Assembly (NCBI GenBank): GCA_963727445.1
Contig: CAVSGI010000021.1
Coordinates: forward strand, 1 to 64,000
Reading direction: 5' to 3'
Origin: an uncultured delta proteobacterium
Lineage (GTDB): Bacteria; Myxococcota_A; Polyangia; Polyangiales; B10-G4
Length of the DNA: 64,000 nucleotides
Each line of letters starts with the position of its first letter. Position 1 is the stretch's first letter. The position numbers and the translations under genes were made by a program. The notes beneath the pieces were generated by a model. It was not told the origin of the DNA. It was given only the letters and a program-made list of their open reading frames with translations, and did no database searches. Shown piece by piece: positions 27,746 to 37,858 of the stretch.

Positions 27746-29584
27746 TCAAGGGTCTGCGGCGAAGTTCACGACGTAGGGGGGATCGAAGACCTCGTCGACT
27801 GGGGGAACGCTGAAGCGCGTGCCTCCCGTCGCGTATACCGAGCCAGCCACGCCGTCGACCGAGGACTCGGAGACGAGGATGTAGCCGACATCCAATGAGA
27901 AGTTGGGCGCGCCGTCGGCTTCGATGGTCACCGCGTAGTTGTCGAGATCGAGGACGTAGACGCCACGGGGGAGTGAAACGAGGCGCTCGGGGACCGAGGT
28001 TGGGTCTACCGTGACGGAGAGGCGCGCCGTGGCCGGGTAGGTCATGTCGCCAAACGTCAGCATCCCCGAGGCGGTGATCTGGAAGACCCAGTAGTCGCCG
28101 CGTATCCCCAACGCGACGTCGACGCCCGAGGTGTATTCGTTCGGCGGGCTGCCTTCGCGCCGGAACGTGAATCCCGGCGGTGTCCCTTCCAGCTGGACCA
28201 TGCCGGTGCACCGATCGACCTGTTCTTCGGTCAGGAGGCCGAGGTCCTTCAGGAAGTGGAGCTTCGTGTAGAGGGCCGAGTACCGCGCCGGTACGCCCGT
28301 CCCGGTGTGGCCGCGCATGATGCGGCAGGCGACGTCGTCCGCCCCGCTCGAGCCCGCGGCCTCGTAGGCCTCGCTCATGATCGCTTCGGACACCATCTCG
28401 GCGATGTCCTCGGTCAAGCGCGTCGCCCCGTAGCGCGACATGACGCCCCACTCCGCGACCTCCTGGTCAGTGCCTCGTTCCAGCGCCTCCTGCTGCTCGT
28501 CCAGGAGCCGCGTAGCGAGGCGCTCGAGGCGCGAGGGATAGTCGGCCGCCCAGCCCTGGTCGACGAAGGACTGGTGCATCCGGCCCCACTCCGGGATGAG
28601 CCCCTTCTCGAGGCGGACATCGCGGATCGTCGTGAGCGCGCTCTCCCGCTGCCCGCTGCTACTCCAGAGCGGCGAATCCGCAGAGCTATCGCGAGCGATG
28701 CTCCCCTCGGCGCTCAACAGGAAGCTCGTCGCGTGCGTCGCCTCGTGGATCACGGTCGACTGGAAGTTCAGCTTTCCGGTGACGGTGCCGAGCAGGAACT
28801 CCGTGACGTTGATGCGCATCAGGTCTCCTTCGCTCGCCGTGACCAACCCCGGCGAGCCCTCTTGAACGAGGGCGATGCGCGACACCCCCTTGCACAACAG
28901 AGGTGGCATGCGCCCGATCGCTGCCTCGACCAGAGCGCGGTAGGTGGTGTTCGAGCGCGCGAGCTGGATCCCCTCGAGCGCCTCACCGATGAGCGCGGGG
29001 TCGTCACCCTCGGTGATGAGCTGGATGTGGCTGCAGTACGCAGGCGCTGTAAGGCCTGAGCTCGAGCCTCCGCCCATGTCCGGCGGTGGGAGCGGAGCGG
29101 ACGCGAGCTCGGTGCCGTCCGCGTCGACCACGGCGATGTCCGCCACGGCCTCGTCGGCGCGGACGTAACCGACCATGCTGGTCGCGCCTTCGATGACGAC
29201 CTCTTCGTGATAGGGGATCGCGGCGTCATAGCCGAACGACCGCACCGTCGGGAACGCGAGGAGCTGGCCATCCATCGGCTCGCCCGCTGCATCGCGGCCA
29301 ACGAGCCCCACTTCGCCCCGCGCCGGACCCGGGTTGATCCCCACCGCTGTGAGAACGTCGATCCGCTCGACGTTCGTGATCGAATAGCTCCCGTCGGCCC
29401 CCTTCGTCACGAGGACGCGGTAGAGCGCTTCCCTCGGACCTGCGAGGTCGACCGGCGCGTCGCCGCACCCTGGAATCGCCGCGCATGCCTCGCCGAAGGT
29501 CGCGTACTCCTCCGGTCCTGGATCCGGGTCGCCGCCACAGGCAAGAAGCATGGAAATGAGAAGACATCGAAGGTAGCGCATCAC
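27746..29584 (-). CDS. Lipoprotein with HExxH zinc-peptidase motif
   Basis: LLACGG; VIHEATH; SRYGAT..TEDIAE. Confidence 0.75.
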   Translation of the reverse strand: MMRYLRCLLISMLLACGGDPDPGPEEYATFGEACAAIPGCGDAPVDLAGPREALYRVLVTKGADGSYSITNVERIDVLTAVGINPGPARGEVGLVGRDAAGEPMDGQLLAFPTVRSFGYDAAIPYHEEVVIEGATSMVGYVRADEAVADIAVVDADGTELASAPLPPPDMGGGSSSGLTAPAYCSHIQLITEGDDPALIGEALEGIQLARSNTTYRALVEAAIGRMPPLLCKGVSRIALVQEGSPGLVTASEGDLMRINVTEFLLGTVTGKLNFQSTVIHEATHATSFLLSAEGSIARDSSADSPLWSSSGQRESALTTIRDVRLEKGLIPEWGRMHQSFVDQGWAADYPSRLERLATRLLDEQQEALERGTDQEVAEWGVMSRYGATRLTEDIAEMVSEAIMSEAYEAAGSSGADDVACRIMRGHTGTGVPARYSALYTKLHFLKDLGLLTEEQVDRCTGMVQLEGTPPGFTFRREGSPPNEYTSGVDVALGIRGDYWVFQITASGMLTFGDMTYPATARLSVTVDPTSVPERLVSLPRGVYVLDLDNYAVTIEADGAPNFSLDVGYILVSESSVDGVAGSVYATGGTRFSVPPVDEVFDPPYVVNFAADP

Positions 29585-29630
29585 GTCAGGGTAGTGATTG
29601 CAGCTCTAAGAGCTAGCCGCGAGGGGGAAG

Positions 29631-29708
29631 GGAGATCGCAACCAGGTCGGGGCGATCGCGACACCGGAGGGAGATCGCAACCAGGTCGGCGTCGACCAAG
29701 CGACACCG
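29631..29708 (+). repeat. R3 REP-like doublet upstream of RAYT
   Basis: GGAGATCGCAACCAGGTCGG at 29631 and 29670, each followed by CGACACCGG. Confidence 0.8.
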
Positions 29709-29850
29709 GTGGTGTTGAGTGGACAAAGTCGCGAAGAAGCCGCAAGTGGCGGCCGCCGGCGGAGTGGCGGACTTTCGCCACGAAATCGCCGCAAGTGGTT
29801 GAAATCACGTCGCCGATTTGTGGCGCCGTTCTGGCACTGGGCGCGGAGCC

Positions 29851-30852
29851 ATGCGCGCACTCCGCAAGCCAACAACCACCTACGACCGCCGCCTGCGCAG
29901 CCGACGAGGTCGCCGAAGTCGCCGAAAGCGCGTCATCAAGGGCAAGGTCTGGACGACGGTGCGTCGTACGACACGACGCTACTTTCTCTTCCGCCCGGAC
30001 GAAGAAGGAAAGGTGGAGCAGATCTTCTGGTATTGCCTGGCGGTCGCCGCGAACAAGCACGGCATCGTCGTTCACGCCGCGTTGCTGATGTCGACGCACA
30101 TCCACCTCGTCTACACCGACGTGCGCGGCGTGCAGCCCGATTTCAAGCGCGACTTCCACCGCACGTTCGCCCAAGGTATGAAGGCGCTGCTCGGGTGGCC
30201 GGAGGAGGTCTTCAACAAGTACCTCGGCGGTGAGCACGAGCCGCTGACGGCAGACGCCGTTGCGGACGACATCGCCTACCTCATCGCCAATCCGCCCTCG
30301 GCCTTTGCCGTCCGCTACGCGAAGGACTGGCCAGGGGCCAAGACGCTGCCCCGTGACATCGGCAGGCGCGTCATCAAGGCGGCGCGGCCCGATGGCTATT
30401 TCGACGCCGACAACCCCGACTGGCCCGCGAAAGCGACGGTCCGCCTCGAGATGCCCGAGTGCCTGACCACAAAATATGGAGAAGATGGAGCGCGGGCGGA
30501 CCTCGCCAAGCGCGTGCGCGATTACGAGCGCGCGGCGTTCGACGAGGCGAAGCAGGAGGGCATCGTCTTCAAGGGCGTGCGCCGGTGCATGCGCGTCTCG
30601 CGCACCGCGCGGGCGCGGAGCTGGGAGCTCTTCGGCAAGCTCAACCCGCGCTTCAAGGCCAGCGGCGACCTGAGCGCGGCGCGCGCCGCCATCGAAGACA
30701 ATCGCCACTTCGACGAAGACTACGACGTGGCGCTCGCACGTTGGACCGCGGGTGACCGCCGCGTCGTCTTCCCGCACGGCACGTGGTGGATGCGCGTCCA
30801 CCACGGTGTACGCGTCGCAGCTGCCCCGCGGCGTCGACCCCCCTCTTCGTAG
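29851..30852 (+). CDS. REP-associated tyrosine (HUH/Y1) transposase, RAYT-like
   Basis: RRTTRRYFLFRP, LMSTHIHL (HUH), YLIANP, terminal FPHGTWWM. Confidence 0.85.
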   Translation: MRALRKPTTTYDRRLRSRRGRRSRRKRVIKGKVWTTVRRTTRRYFLFRPDEEGKVEQIFWYCLAVAANKHGIVVHAALLMSTHIHLVYTDVRGVQPDFKRDFHRTFAQGMKALLGWPEEVFNKYLGGEHEPLTADAVADDIAYLIANPPSAFAVRYAKDWPGAKTLPRDIGRRVIKAARPDGYFDADNPDWPAKATVRLEMPECLTTKYGEDGARADLAKRVRDYERAAFDEAKQEGIVFKGVRRCMRVSRTARARSWELFGKLNPRFKASGDLSAARAAIEDNRHFDEDYDVALARWTAGDRRVVFPHGTWWMRVHHGVRVAAAPRRRPPSS

Positions 30853-31074
30853 CGACCATCACGGCGCCCGCTGGGGCTCCCCGCGTGTCTGCGTCAGGCG
30901 CGGACACGCGTTGGTGCGTCCGTCCTCATCGCTCTGCGGCGACAGTGACACTGACAGCGGTCGATTCCGTCCATGGCGTGTTGTGAGATGCGCTGCGGCG
31001 CGCTCCTTGGTGGATCCAGACGCGATTCGCCGCAGCGACTGACGCCTGATCGATGAGCGCGAGCTCATCACGCT

Positions 31075-31126
31075 CCGCCAACCTGGTCACGATCTCCCCC
31101 CCGCCAACCTGGTCACGATCTCCCCC
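31075..31126 (-). repeat. R3 doublet downstream of RAYT, inverted
   Basis: CCGCCAACCTGGTCACGATCTCCCCC x2; reverse complement contains GGAGATCGTGACCAGGTTGG. Confidence 0.8.
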
Positions 31127-31143
31127 GCCGCTCGCGCAGCCCT

Positions 31144-33435
31144 TCACATCCCCGCAACGACATCGACCCCCAGTCGATTCTTCGACAGCACGCTGCCGTC
31201 TGCGCCCGAGAGCGTCGCGACGAGGAAGGCGCTCCCAGCGGTCGTGGGTGCGTCGATGGCGAGGGTCAGGGGGACGCGCTCGAAGCTCCGCGCCGTGACC
31301 GTCGCCGTCGACGGCGGCCCGTCCTCGCCGAAGGCGAGCGAGACCTCGACGGCCTCTTCGGTAGCGCTCGACCAGCGCAAGACCGCGAGCGGCACGTCGA
31401 TCGACGCACCGGTCGCGACCGCCTGCCCCGGCAGCCACTCGAAGGCGACGAAGTCCTCGGTGTTCACGTCGGCGATCCCGACGCCGGCGCGGGCGCAGAG
31501 GTCGGGCTTTTCACCCCGGTCGTAGGCGACGAGGCCATTGAGCTCGTACTCGACGTCGGTGAGCTCGGTGATGACGAAGCCTACGAGCTTAGGCTCCCTG
31601 CGCATCTCGTTCATTAGCCCGAAGAGATCGCAATACGCCTGCGTGCCCTCGGTCTCTCCCACCACGCTGAAGCTCGCGATCTCGCTGTTGAGCCACGGAG
31701 CACCGTCTTGAGCCGCCCCGCCCACGTAGGATGCGGTGCTGCCGGGGAATACCTGTGCCGCCTGAGCTGCGAGCGACTCGCGGAAGGAGGTGATGTCGTC
31801 GCTGTACTGGTGGAAGGAATGGAGGTCCGTGTCGAAGTGCTCGTACACCCCGACGATGCCGCCGGCGCTGTTGTCCTCGACCGGTCGCGTCGGATCGATC
31901 GCGCGCGCCATCGCCACCAACTCGCCGAGCCATGCCTGAAGCGACGGGCTCTCGGCCAGCGTCGACGGCTCGATGAGCGAGCCGCGTTCCATGAGCCCCC
32001 AGTTCTCGTTGAAGAGAACCCACGCGACGATGCTCGGGTGGCTCGCGTCGCGCTCCATCGCGCGTCGGATCATCGTCTCGACGTTGGCCCGCCCCGCGAA
32101 CCCCTCTTCGTTGTTCGTCTGGATGTCGAGGCTTGGCATGTCGTACACGACGAGCATCCCGAGCTCGTCGGCGAGGCGATACTTGATCGGCTCGTCGATC
32201 TTCACGTGCAGGCGAATGCAGTCGAACCCGAAGGATCGCGCGAGCTCGAGGTCGGCGCGGATACGCTCTTCGCTCGGCGCGGTGTACACGCCGTCCGGAT
32301 GGTATGACTGGTCGAGCACGCAGCGGAGGTACCGGGGCCGATCGTTCACCCACACCGCCGAGTACTGCGAGAGCGGGTCGGTCGTGTCGGCCGGCGAATG
32401 GCCCGGCATCCAGTCGGTGCGCACCGTGACCATCCCGAAGTACGTGTGGACGACATCCGCGACACCGTCCGACCCCGTGGTGACGATGTCGAGATCGTAG
32501 AGCCTCGGGTCGTCCGTATCCCAGAGCACCACGCTATCGAGCGGCACGGCGATCTCGTCGTTTCCGTCGCCCGTGACCATCCCGCTCGCACGGCCGACGA
32601 CCTCCCCGTCGAGACGTGCCTCCATCTCCACTTGCGCAGGCTCCCCGTTGGTCGTGGGACGTACGATCACCTGTCCGTCCGCGGGCTGCGGCACGACGCG
32701 CAGGGAGGCGAGGTACGCTGCTGGCCTTTCCTCGAGGTAGACCGTCTGCCAGATCCCGCTCGTTCGAGTGTACCAGGGGCCACCCTGCTTTCCGACGGGC
32801 TGCTCGCGGTCGGCGAGCTCGGTGCGGTCCTCGACGCGGAGGACGATTTCGACGCGCTCGCCAGCCGGCACGAATGGCGAAAGAGCGACCGCGAAGGGAT
32901 CGTATCCGCCCTCGTGGTCGAGCGCGTGGGCGCCGTTCACCCACACGCTGGTCCGAAAGTCGACCGCGCCGAAGACGACCCACCAGTCGAGCCCTTCATC
33001 CACGGGGAGGGGATCCGGGATCCGCAGTCGGTACCACGCGACACCCCGATAGGTGCTCGCGATCAGTGCCTCGCCCACGTAGTACGGCTGCGTGTGCGGC
33101 GGAACCAGGCCGGAGAGCGGTGACTCCCACGCGTACGGCACCTGGATTCGATCGGTGAACACTTCGTCGTGTCCCGCATCGAACCATCGCTCCTCCATTC
33201 CCACGTCGCTTCGGTCATAGGCGAACTCCCAGACCGTGTTCAGGTTGACGAAGGTGTCGCGCTGCAAGTCGGGGCGTGGATGCTCGGGTCGCACGATGGG
33301 CGCGAGCGGCGGCCATTCGGTGGGACCGGCGTCGGGCGCGCCGTCGGGCACACCGGCATCGTCCCCGCACGCGGCGACGAAGAGGAGAGCCCAGAGGATC
33401 TGGCACGGGCTTCGACGCCGGTAGCGGGAGAGCAC
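31144..33435 (-). CDS. GH2-family glycoside hydrolase lipoprotein
   Basis: PEHPRP, FGAVD, HEGGY, GKQ, SGIWQTV, LDQSY, HPSIVAWVLFNENWG; start uncertain. Confidence 0.88.
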   Translation of the reverse strand: MLSRYRRRSPCQILWALLFVAACGDDAGVPDGAPDAGPTEWPPLAPIVRPEHPRPDLQRDTFVNLNTVWEFAYDRSDVGMEERWFDAGHDEVFTDRIQVPYAWESPLSGLVPPHTQPYYVGEALIASTYRGVAWYRLRIPDPLPVDEGLDWWVVFGAVDFRTSVWVNGAHALDHEGGYDPFAVALSPFVPAGERVEIVLRVEDRTELADREQPVGKQGGPWYTRTSGIWQTVYLEERPAAYLASLRVVPQPADGQVIVRPTTNGEPAQVEMEARLDGEVVGRASGMVTGDGNDEIAVPLDSVVLWDTDDPRLYDLDIVTTGSDGVADVVHTYFGMVTVRTDWMPGHSPADTTDPLSQYSAVWVNDRPRYLRCVLDQSYHPDGVYTAPSEERIRADLELARSFGFDCIRLHVKIDEPIKYRLADELGMLVVYDMPSLDIQTNNEEGFAGRANVETMIRRAMERDASHPSIVAWVLFNENWGLMERGSLIEPSTLAESPSLQAWLGELVAMARAIDPTRPVEDNSAGGIVGVYEHFDTDLHSFHQYSDDITSFRESLAAQAAQVFPGSTASYVGGAAQDGAPWLNSEIASFSVVGETEGTQAYCDLFGLMNEMRREPKLVGFVITELTDVEYELNGLVAYDRGEKPDLCARAGVGIADVNTEDFVAFEWLPGQAVATGASIDVPLAVLRWSSATEEAVEVSLAFGEDGPPSTATVTARSFERVPLTLAIDAPTTAGSAFLVATLSGADGSVLSKNRLGVDVVAGM

Positions 33436-33470
33436 AGCGACCGAGGGTAGCGTATGCTCGGCGCGCGGGC

Positions 33471-33494
33471 TCACCGGACGCCCGAGTTTCCGAG
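33471..33494 (-). repeat. R1 remnant
   Basis: TCACCGGACGCCCGAGTTTCCGAG identical to copy E. Confidence 0.75.
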
Positions 33495-33695
33495 GCGGCG
33501 TCTGAAGTGCGACCGCGGACACGGGAATGGAGCTCATCGGCATCGAGGCGGCGCTCTCAACGGCCCGGTGAACGTCCGGATCGTGAGACCTCAGGGGAAG
33601 TCCGACGACTCGGACTCTGAGTTCGTCTCACACTCCGGAGCGAGCGGCTCTTCGGGCACCACGCCGTGTCGCGCGTCGAGGAGCCGGGGCCCGTC

Positions 33696-34040
33696 TCAGA
33701 GAATCTCCAGCACCGCCTCCGTCGGCCGTCCGATGCGCGCGCCCTTCTTCGTGATCACGACCGGTCGCTCGAGGAGCCGCGGATTGTTGGCCAGCACCTT
33801 CACCAACTTCGCGCCTTTCAGCTTCGCGACCCCGAGCTCCTCGTAGAGCGCTTCCTTCTTGCGCACCAATCCCATCGCATCGGAGAGGCCGAGCTTCTTC
33901 ACCACCGCCTCGATCTCGGCGGCGGACGGGGGATCGTCCAGGTACTTACGCACGTTCGGTGATAGCCCACGCTCCTGGAGGAGCGCGAGCGCCTGTCGCG
34001 ACTTCGAACACTGGGGGTTGTGCCAGATGACGATGGTCAT
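33696..34040 (-). CDS. arsC: ArsC/Spx-family protein (glutaredoxin-type arsenate reductase-like)
   Basis: HNPQCSKSR, LLERPVV, IGRP. Confidence 0.85.
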   Translation of the reverse strand: MTIVIWHNPQCSKSRQALALLQERGLSPNVRKYLDDPPSAAEIEAVVKKLGLSDAMGLVRKKEALYEELGVAKLKGAKLVKVLANNPRLLERPVVITKKGARIGRPTEAVLEIL

Positions 34041-34625
34041 GGCGGCCTTCTAGCACGTACTCCTCCGAGATAGGATGCGCCATGGCCTCGAAGGACCCTC
34101 TGGAAGCGCTGCGCGCGGGAGCCCGCGCATAGCTCGCCGGCGCGCGTGGAATCACCGTGGACCTCGAACGGGCGCGAGCACACTTCGAATCGTTCATTCG
34201 CGTCGCGCGCGGGGGCCTCATGGACGGCGGCGACGGCGTCGTCGTCGAGCTGACGAGCGGTCTCGAAGGCGATGCGCTCCGTGCCGTCCAGTCCTGGCTC
34301 CAGGACGAGCCCTTCCGCCGCGTCGCGCGACGCGCCGACGACGCGCTGGGGAGTAGGCGTGTTCGACGGGCAGCTTCGAGATCCTCGATCTCGCGCAGGC
34401 AGCGTGAAGGCGACGGGTTCGGCGGGGGGCGGTTGGCCATCGCCGGCTTCTTCGGTCGGAGAGGCTACCGAGCGCGAAACCAACCAGGGGAAGCACCGAC
34501 GAGGCTGATCGGTCGACGATACGCGCACCCGGTTGCGCCCTCACTTGGGCCGGTCACGCTCCCCCTCTTCCTTGGTCCCGAAGTCGCCGCGCGTGTCATG
34601 AACGACCTCGACGACCGAAGCGAGA

Positions 34626-35936
34626 TCACGGCGAGGAGCAGCGACTGTTCGGGCAGTCGTTGCGCGTCGTCAGGCAGGTCGTGCCGGTGTTCTCGCCCCC
34701 GACGCACGTGCCGTTCAGATCGTCGCGCCAGTCGACCGAGAACGGGATGCGCATCCATGCGCTCCCATCGTAGAGGTAGTAATAGCCCTCGTCGGTCGTG
34801 TAGATGACCTCGTCGCCCGTGCGGTAGGCCGCGAGAACCGATGTGGGTCGGGTCGGGTCGGGCGTGTTCCCGCTGGTGTCCCAGCGCGCGAAGCGGAGGG
34901 TCGTCTCGGTCACGTGCTGCGGAGTCGCCCAACCACTACGTGGAAGGTAGTCGTAGACGATGCCCTCTCTGTCGATCAACGTGACCTCTTCTCCATCGCG
35001 GAAGCCGACTCGTATCGCTGCCGGGTCGGGCGGTGCGTCGACGTCGACCCAAGTGGCGGTCGCGTCACCGCTCTCCCAAAGGCTGGTCGCGATGACGTAG
35101 CGATAGAAGCGCCCGCTCCGATCGAGGAAGGTGATGTCATCGGGGCCGCGGTAAGCGGCCGTGAGCTGATCGATGGCGCTCGGGTCGGGGCTCCCCGTGT
35201 CCCCACCAACCCACGCCTGCGCGCCCAGCGAAGTGTCGGTGAGGAAGCCTGGCGGTAGCCAGCCGTCTGGGTAACGGTAGAAGTAGAAGGACGCGTCCGA
35301 GAACACGAAGAGGACGTCGTCGCCCTGCCGGTAGGCCAGGGAGAGCGCAGCCTGCTTGGATAGCGGTGGCGCGTTGTCGTCACCAGGCGGAACCTCGCAA
35401 CGGCCGAGGGGACACGCCTGCTGGCAACCATCGGCCGGTCGCCGCGGTGGGGAGCCATCCTCGCACATCGCCAAAACGCCCGCGTCGACCCCGCCGTCGA
35501 CCGTGGACCCGGCGTCGACTCCTGCATCGACTTCTGGCATCGGGTCGCGGCCGATGACGACCGTCACGGTCACGGGTCCGTCGACCTCGACGCGAACGAT
35601 CCGGCTCGCGATGATCGAGCCGTCGTCCTTCGCGAGCTGCGTCCGAATCGAATACGTCTCCGCGCTCGAAACGGTGTAACTGGCGACGCGGCGCCCCGTG
35701 AGGAATTCGACGTCCTCCGACGCGGCGAAGGTCCTCTGATCGCCGAACTCGACCGCATCTGGTACGGCGATGCCGATCCGCACCTCCGTGAAGTCCTCTC
35801 CAGGTGTGTAGTCGGTAACGAGCTCGACGGCGATCACCCGATCGCCGTCACAGCCAAGCGCGAAGAGAATACACGCGGTGAGCGCAGAGGCAGCAGCTCC
35901 CCCGAGCCCACCGTGCTCGATCCTTCCGTTCGGCAT
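34626..35936 (-). CDS. Hypothetical lipoprotein
   Basis: FALGCDG lipobox, DAG linker, repeated AYR-GD motifs. Confidence 0.7.
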   Translation of the reverse strand: MPNGRIEHGGLGGAAASALTACILFALGCDGDRVIAVELVTDYTPGEDFTEVRIGIAVPDAVEFGDQRTFAASEDVEFLTGRRVASYTVSSAETYSIRTQLAKDDGSIIASRIVRVEVDGPVTVTVVIGRDPMPEVDAGVDAGSTVDGGVDAGVLAMCEDGSPPRRPADGCQQACPLGRCEVPPGDDNAPPLSKQAALSLAYRQGDDVLFVFSDASFYFYRYPDGWLPPGFLTDTSLGAQAWVGGDTGSPDPSAIDQLTAAYRGPDDITFLDRSGRFYRYVIATSLWESGDATATWVDVDAPPDPAAIRVGFRDGEEVTLIDREGIVYDYLPRSGWATPQHVTETTLRFARWDTSGNTPDPTRPTSVLAAYRTGDEVIYTTDEGYYYLYDGSAWMRIPFSVDWRDDLNGTCVGGENTGTTCLTTRNDCPNSRCSSP

Positions 35937-35977
35937 CTCACCACTCAGGATACCCCGACCAGAGGCGGCGCGCCGAG

Positions 35978-36018
35978 GGGATATCGCAACCAGGTCGGCG
36001 TCGACCAAGAGACACCGG
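35978..36018 (+). repeat. Solo R3 copy
   Basis: GGGATATCGCAACCAGGTCGGCGTCGACCAAGAGACACCGG; two mismatches to 29669-29709. Confidence 0.85.
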
Positions 36019-36029
36019 CGCTTCGAGGT

Positions 36030-36610
36030 AGCACGTGCCCGCGCTGCCAGAGCCCGCTCGAGCCTGGCGACCTTCGGTGCGCGATCTGTAGCCTCCCGAT
36101 CGCCGCTCCCGCGTCCGTCGCCGCGCGCGAGACCGTCGAGGTGCTTCGTTGCGACGGCTGCGGTGCCGCCGTCGAGTGTCGCTCGGCTTCTTCCGGCCGT
36201 CCGACCTCGCACGGCGGCGGCCGCGCACGCGGCCCCGCCGGGGGTCACGGCCGAGCGCTTCGACGTCCAGCGGTCCGCCGCGCGCGCGAAGATCGCCGCC
36301 GCCATTCGTGGCGTCGCAGGCGCGCGAGGCGAAGCGCTACATCCCGGGCTCCCAGTACCGGAACCTCGAGGTCGACGTCTTGCTCCGGCGCCTCGTCACC
36401 CGCCGCTGCGCATTCCCCGTATACGTCCTCGCCTATCGTTACCGCGGCGACCTCTACCGGGCCGTCATCAACGGCCAAGACGCGCGCGTCGTGCACGGCC
36501 GCGCGCCCTGGTCCATCGCGAAGATCGCGCTCGTCGCTGGCGCCGCGCTCCTCGCCGTGGGCTTCATCCTGGCGCTCGTCGTCCTCTTCGTCGCGCTCGG
36601 CGCGCGCTGA
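36030..36610 (+). pseudogene. Zinc-ribbon membrane protein, internally deleted/frameshifted
   Basis: CPRC, CAIC, CDGCGA in one frame; PVYVLAYRY..YRAVINGQ..GRAPWS plus TM in another. Confidence 0.7.
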
Positions 36611-36707
36611 GTGAAGCGGCTCCAAGAGAGCGGAGCCCGTTTGTGTTGGCTCATCGATGGCGCAAAGGCGGCTCCCCATGAAGCCCCCAGCAGCGTAGAC
36701 TCGGCCG

Positions 36708-37675
36708 ATGGCTCCGTACCTCATGGTCTTCTGGATGATGCTCGCTGCGTGCGGCGGAGCACCCGAGACGCCTCCGACGTCGAGCCAACAGGTAGCCGAA
36801 GAAGACCAAGCCACGCTCCCACCGCCCGCCCAGCCAGCTTGGAGCCTCGACTCCGAACGAGTCCGCGCACTCCCCTCCGATGTGGAGCTCGTCGTCCGCT
36901 TGCACCCGAGGGTGTTGCGAGGGACCAGCTTCGAGAACCCGGCGTTCGATCAACTGCCCCTTCCGCGAGATGGCGAGCAGGGCGCCGTCGTCAATGAGCT
37001 GCTCGCGAACACCGACACGCTGGTGATCGGCTTTGCGGCCGAGCTCTTCGCCGCTTCGTTCGAGGGTACGCTCAGCGGCATCTTCGACCGAATCCTCTCG
37101 CTCGATCCCGAGCGCGGAGGCATGGAACTCTCGGGCGAGCCGGGGCAGCGCCGGTTGACCTCGGCTTCGGCGCTGCTCGCCGAGGACGGACCGCAAACGC
37201 TCCGGGTCTATATGCCTTCGCAGGTGGCGACGACCGGCGGGGCCGTTCCGCCGGCGATAGACACCCCGGAGCTGCGGGCGCTGCACGCATCCCTCCCCCC
37301 CTCGAGGGGGAGCGCGCAGCAGCCGTCGAGCTCGTCGCCGCGCCGACGTTCGGACCGTTGCAAGGCGCCGCCGCATCCGTGCGACTGGCGATCCACCCGG
37401 TGGACCGCGACGCCCACCTGGACGCGATCTTCGCCTATGCGGACGAGACGCGCGCGATCGAGATCGGCGACCAGCTGCGGGAAGTCTGGGGAATGATCGC
37501 GGAGGAGATGCCGGAGAACTTCGACGGCGACAGTCTTGCCGTTCGCACGGAGGGCCGCCGCGTGATCATGCACGGACGCATCGTCGCGATGGTCGACGAT
37601 CCCGGCGTGAACCAACGCGTCCTCATGGCCCTCATGATGAGCGTCGCGACCCGACTCGGCGGCCAAGGATTCTGA
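36708..37675 (+). pseudogene. Lipoprotein split by a frameshift at a C7 run
   Basis: LAACGG lipobox; adding one C at 37295-37301 joins ORFs 36708 and 37358. Confidence 0.6.
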
Positions 37676-37729
37676 TTGCGGCGCCGTCGAACGGGAGCGA
37701 TGAGCTCGGCGCGTGAGACGTGACTGGTC

Positions 37730-37823
37730 AGCGCTTCCATCCGCTGACGCTGGTGCCGCGCGAGTTTCGACTGCGCAAGTGAGTCCTGCTTTGATGGGCC
37801 GGACGTAGAGCGGAGGCCGTTTG
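37730..37823 (-). repeat. Highly diverged R1-like copy
   Basis: CGAGTTTCG and GAGCGGAGGCCGTTTG at R1-like spacing. Confidence 0.4.
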
Positions 37824-37858
37824 AGCCCGGCCGGAGGGTGGTGCGGTAGCATGCGGCG

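Noticed and set aside
34075..34620. ORFs between arsC and the lipoprotein gene
   Set aside because: Only short protein-like patches; no supportable gene call
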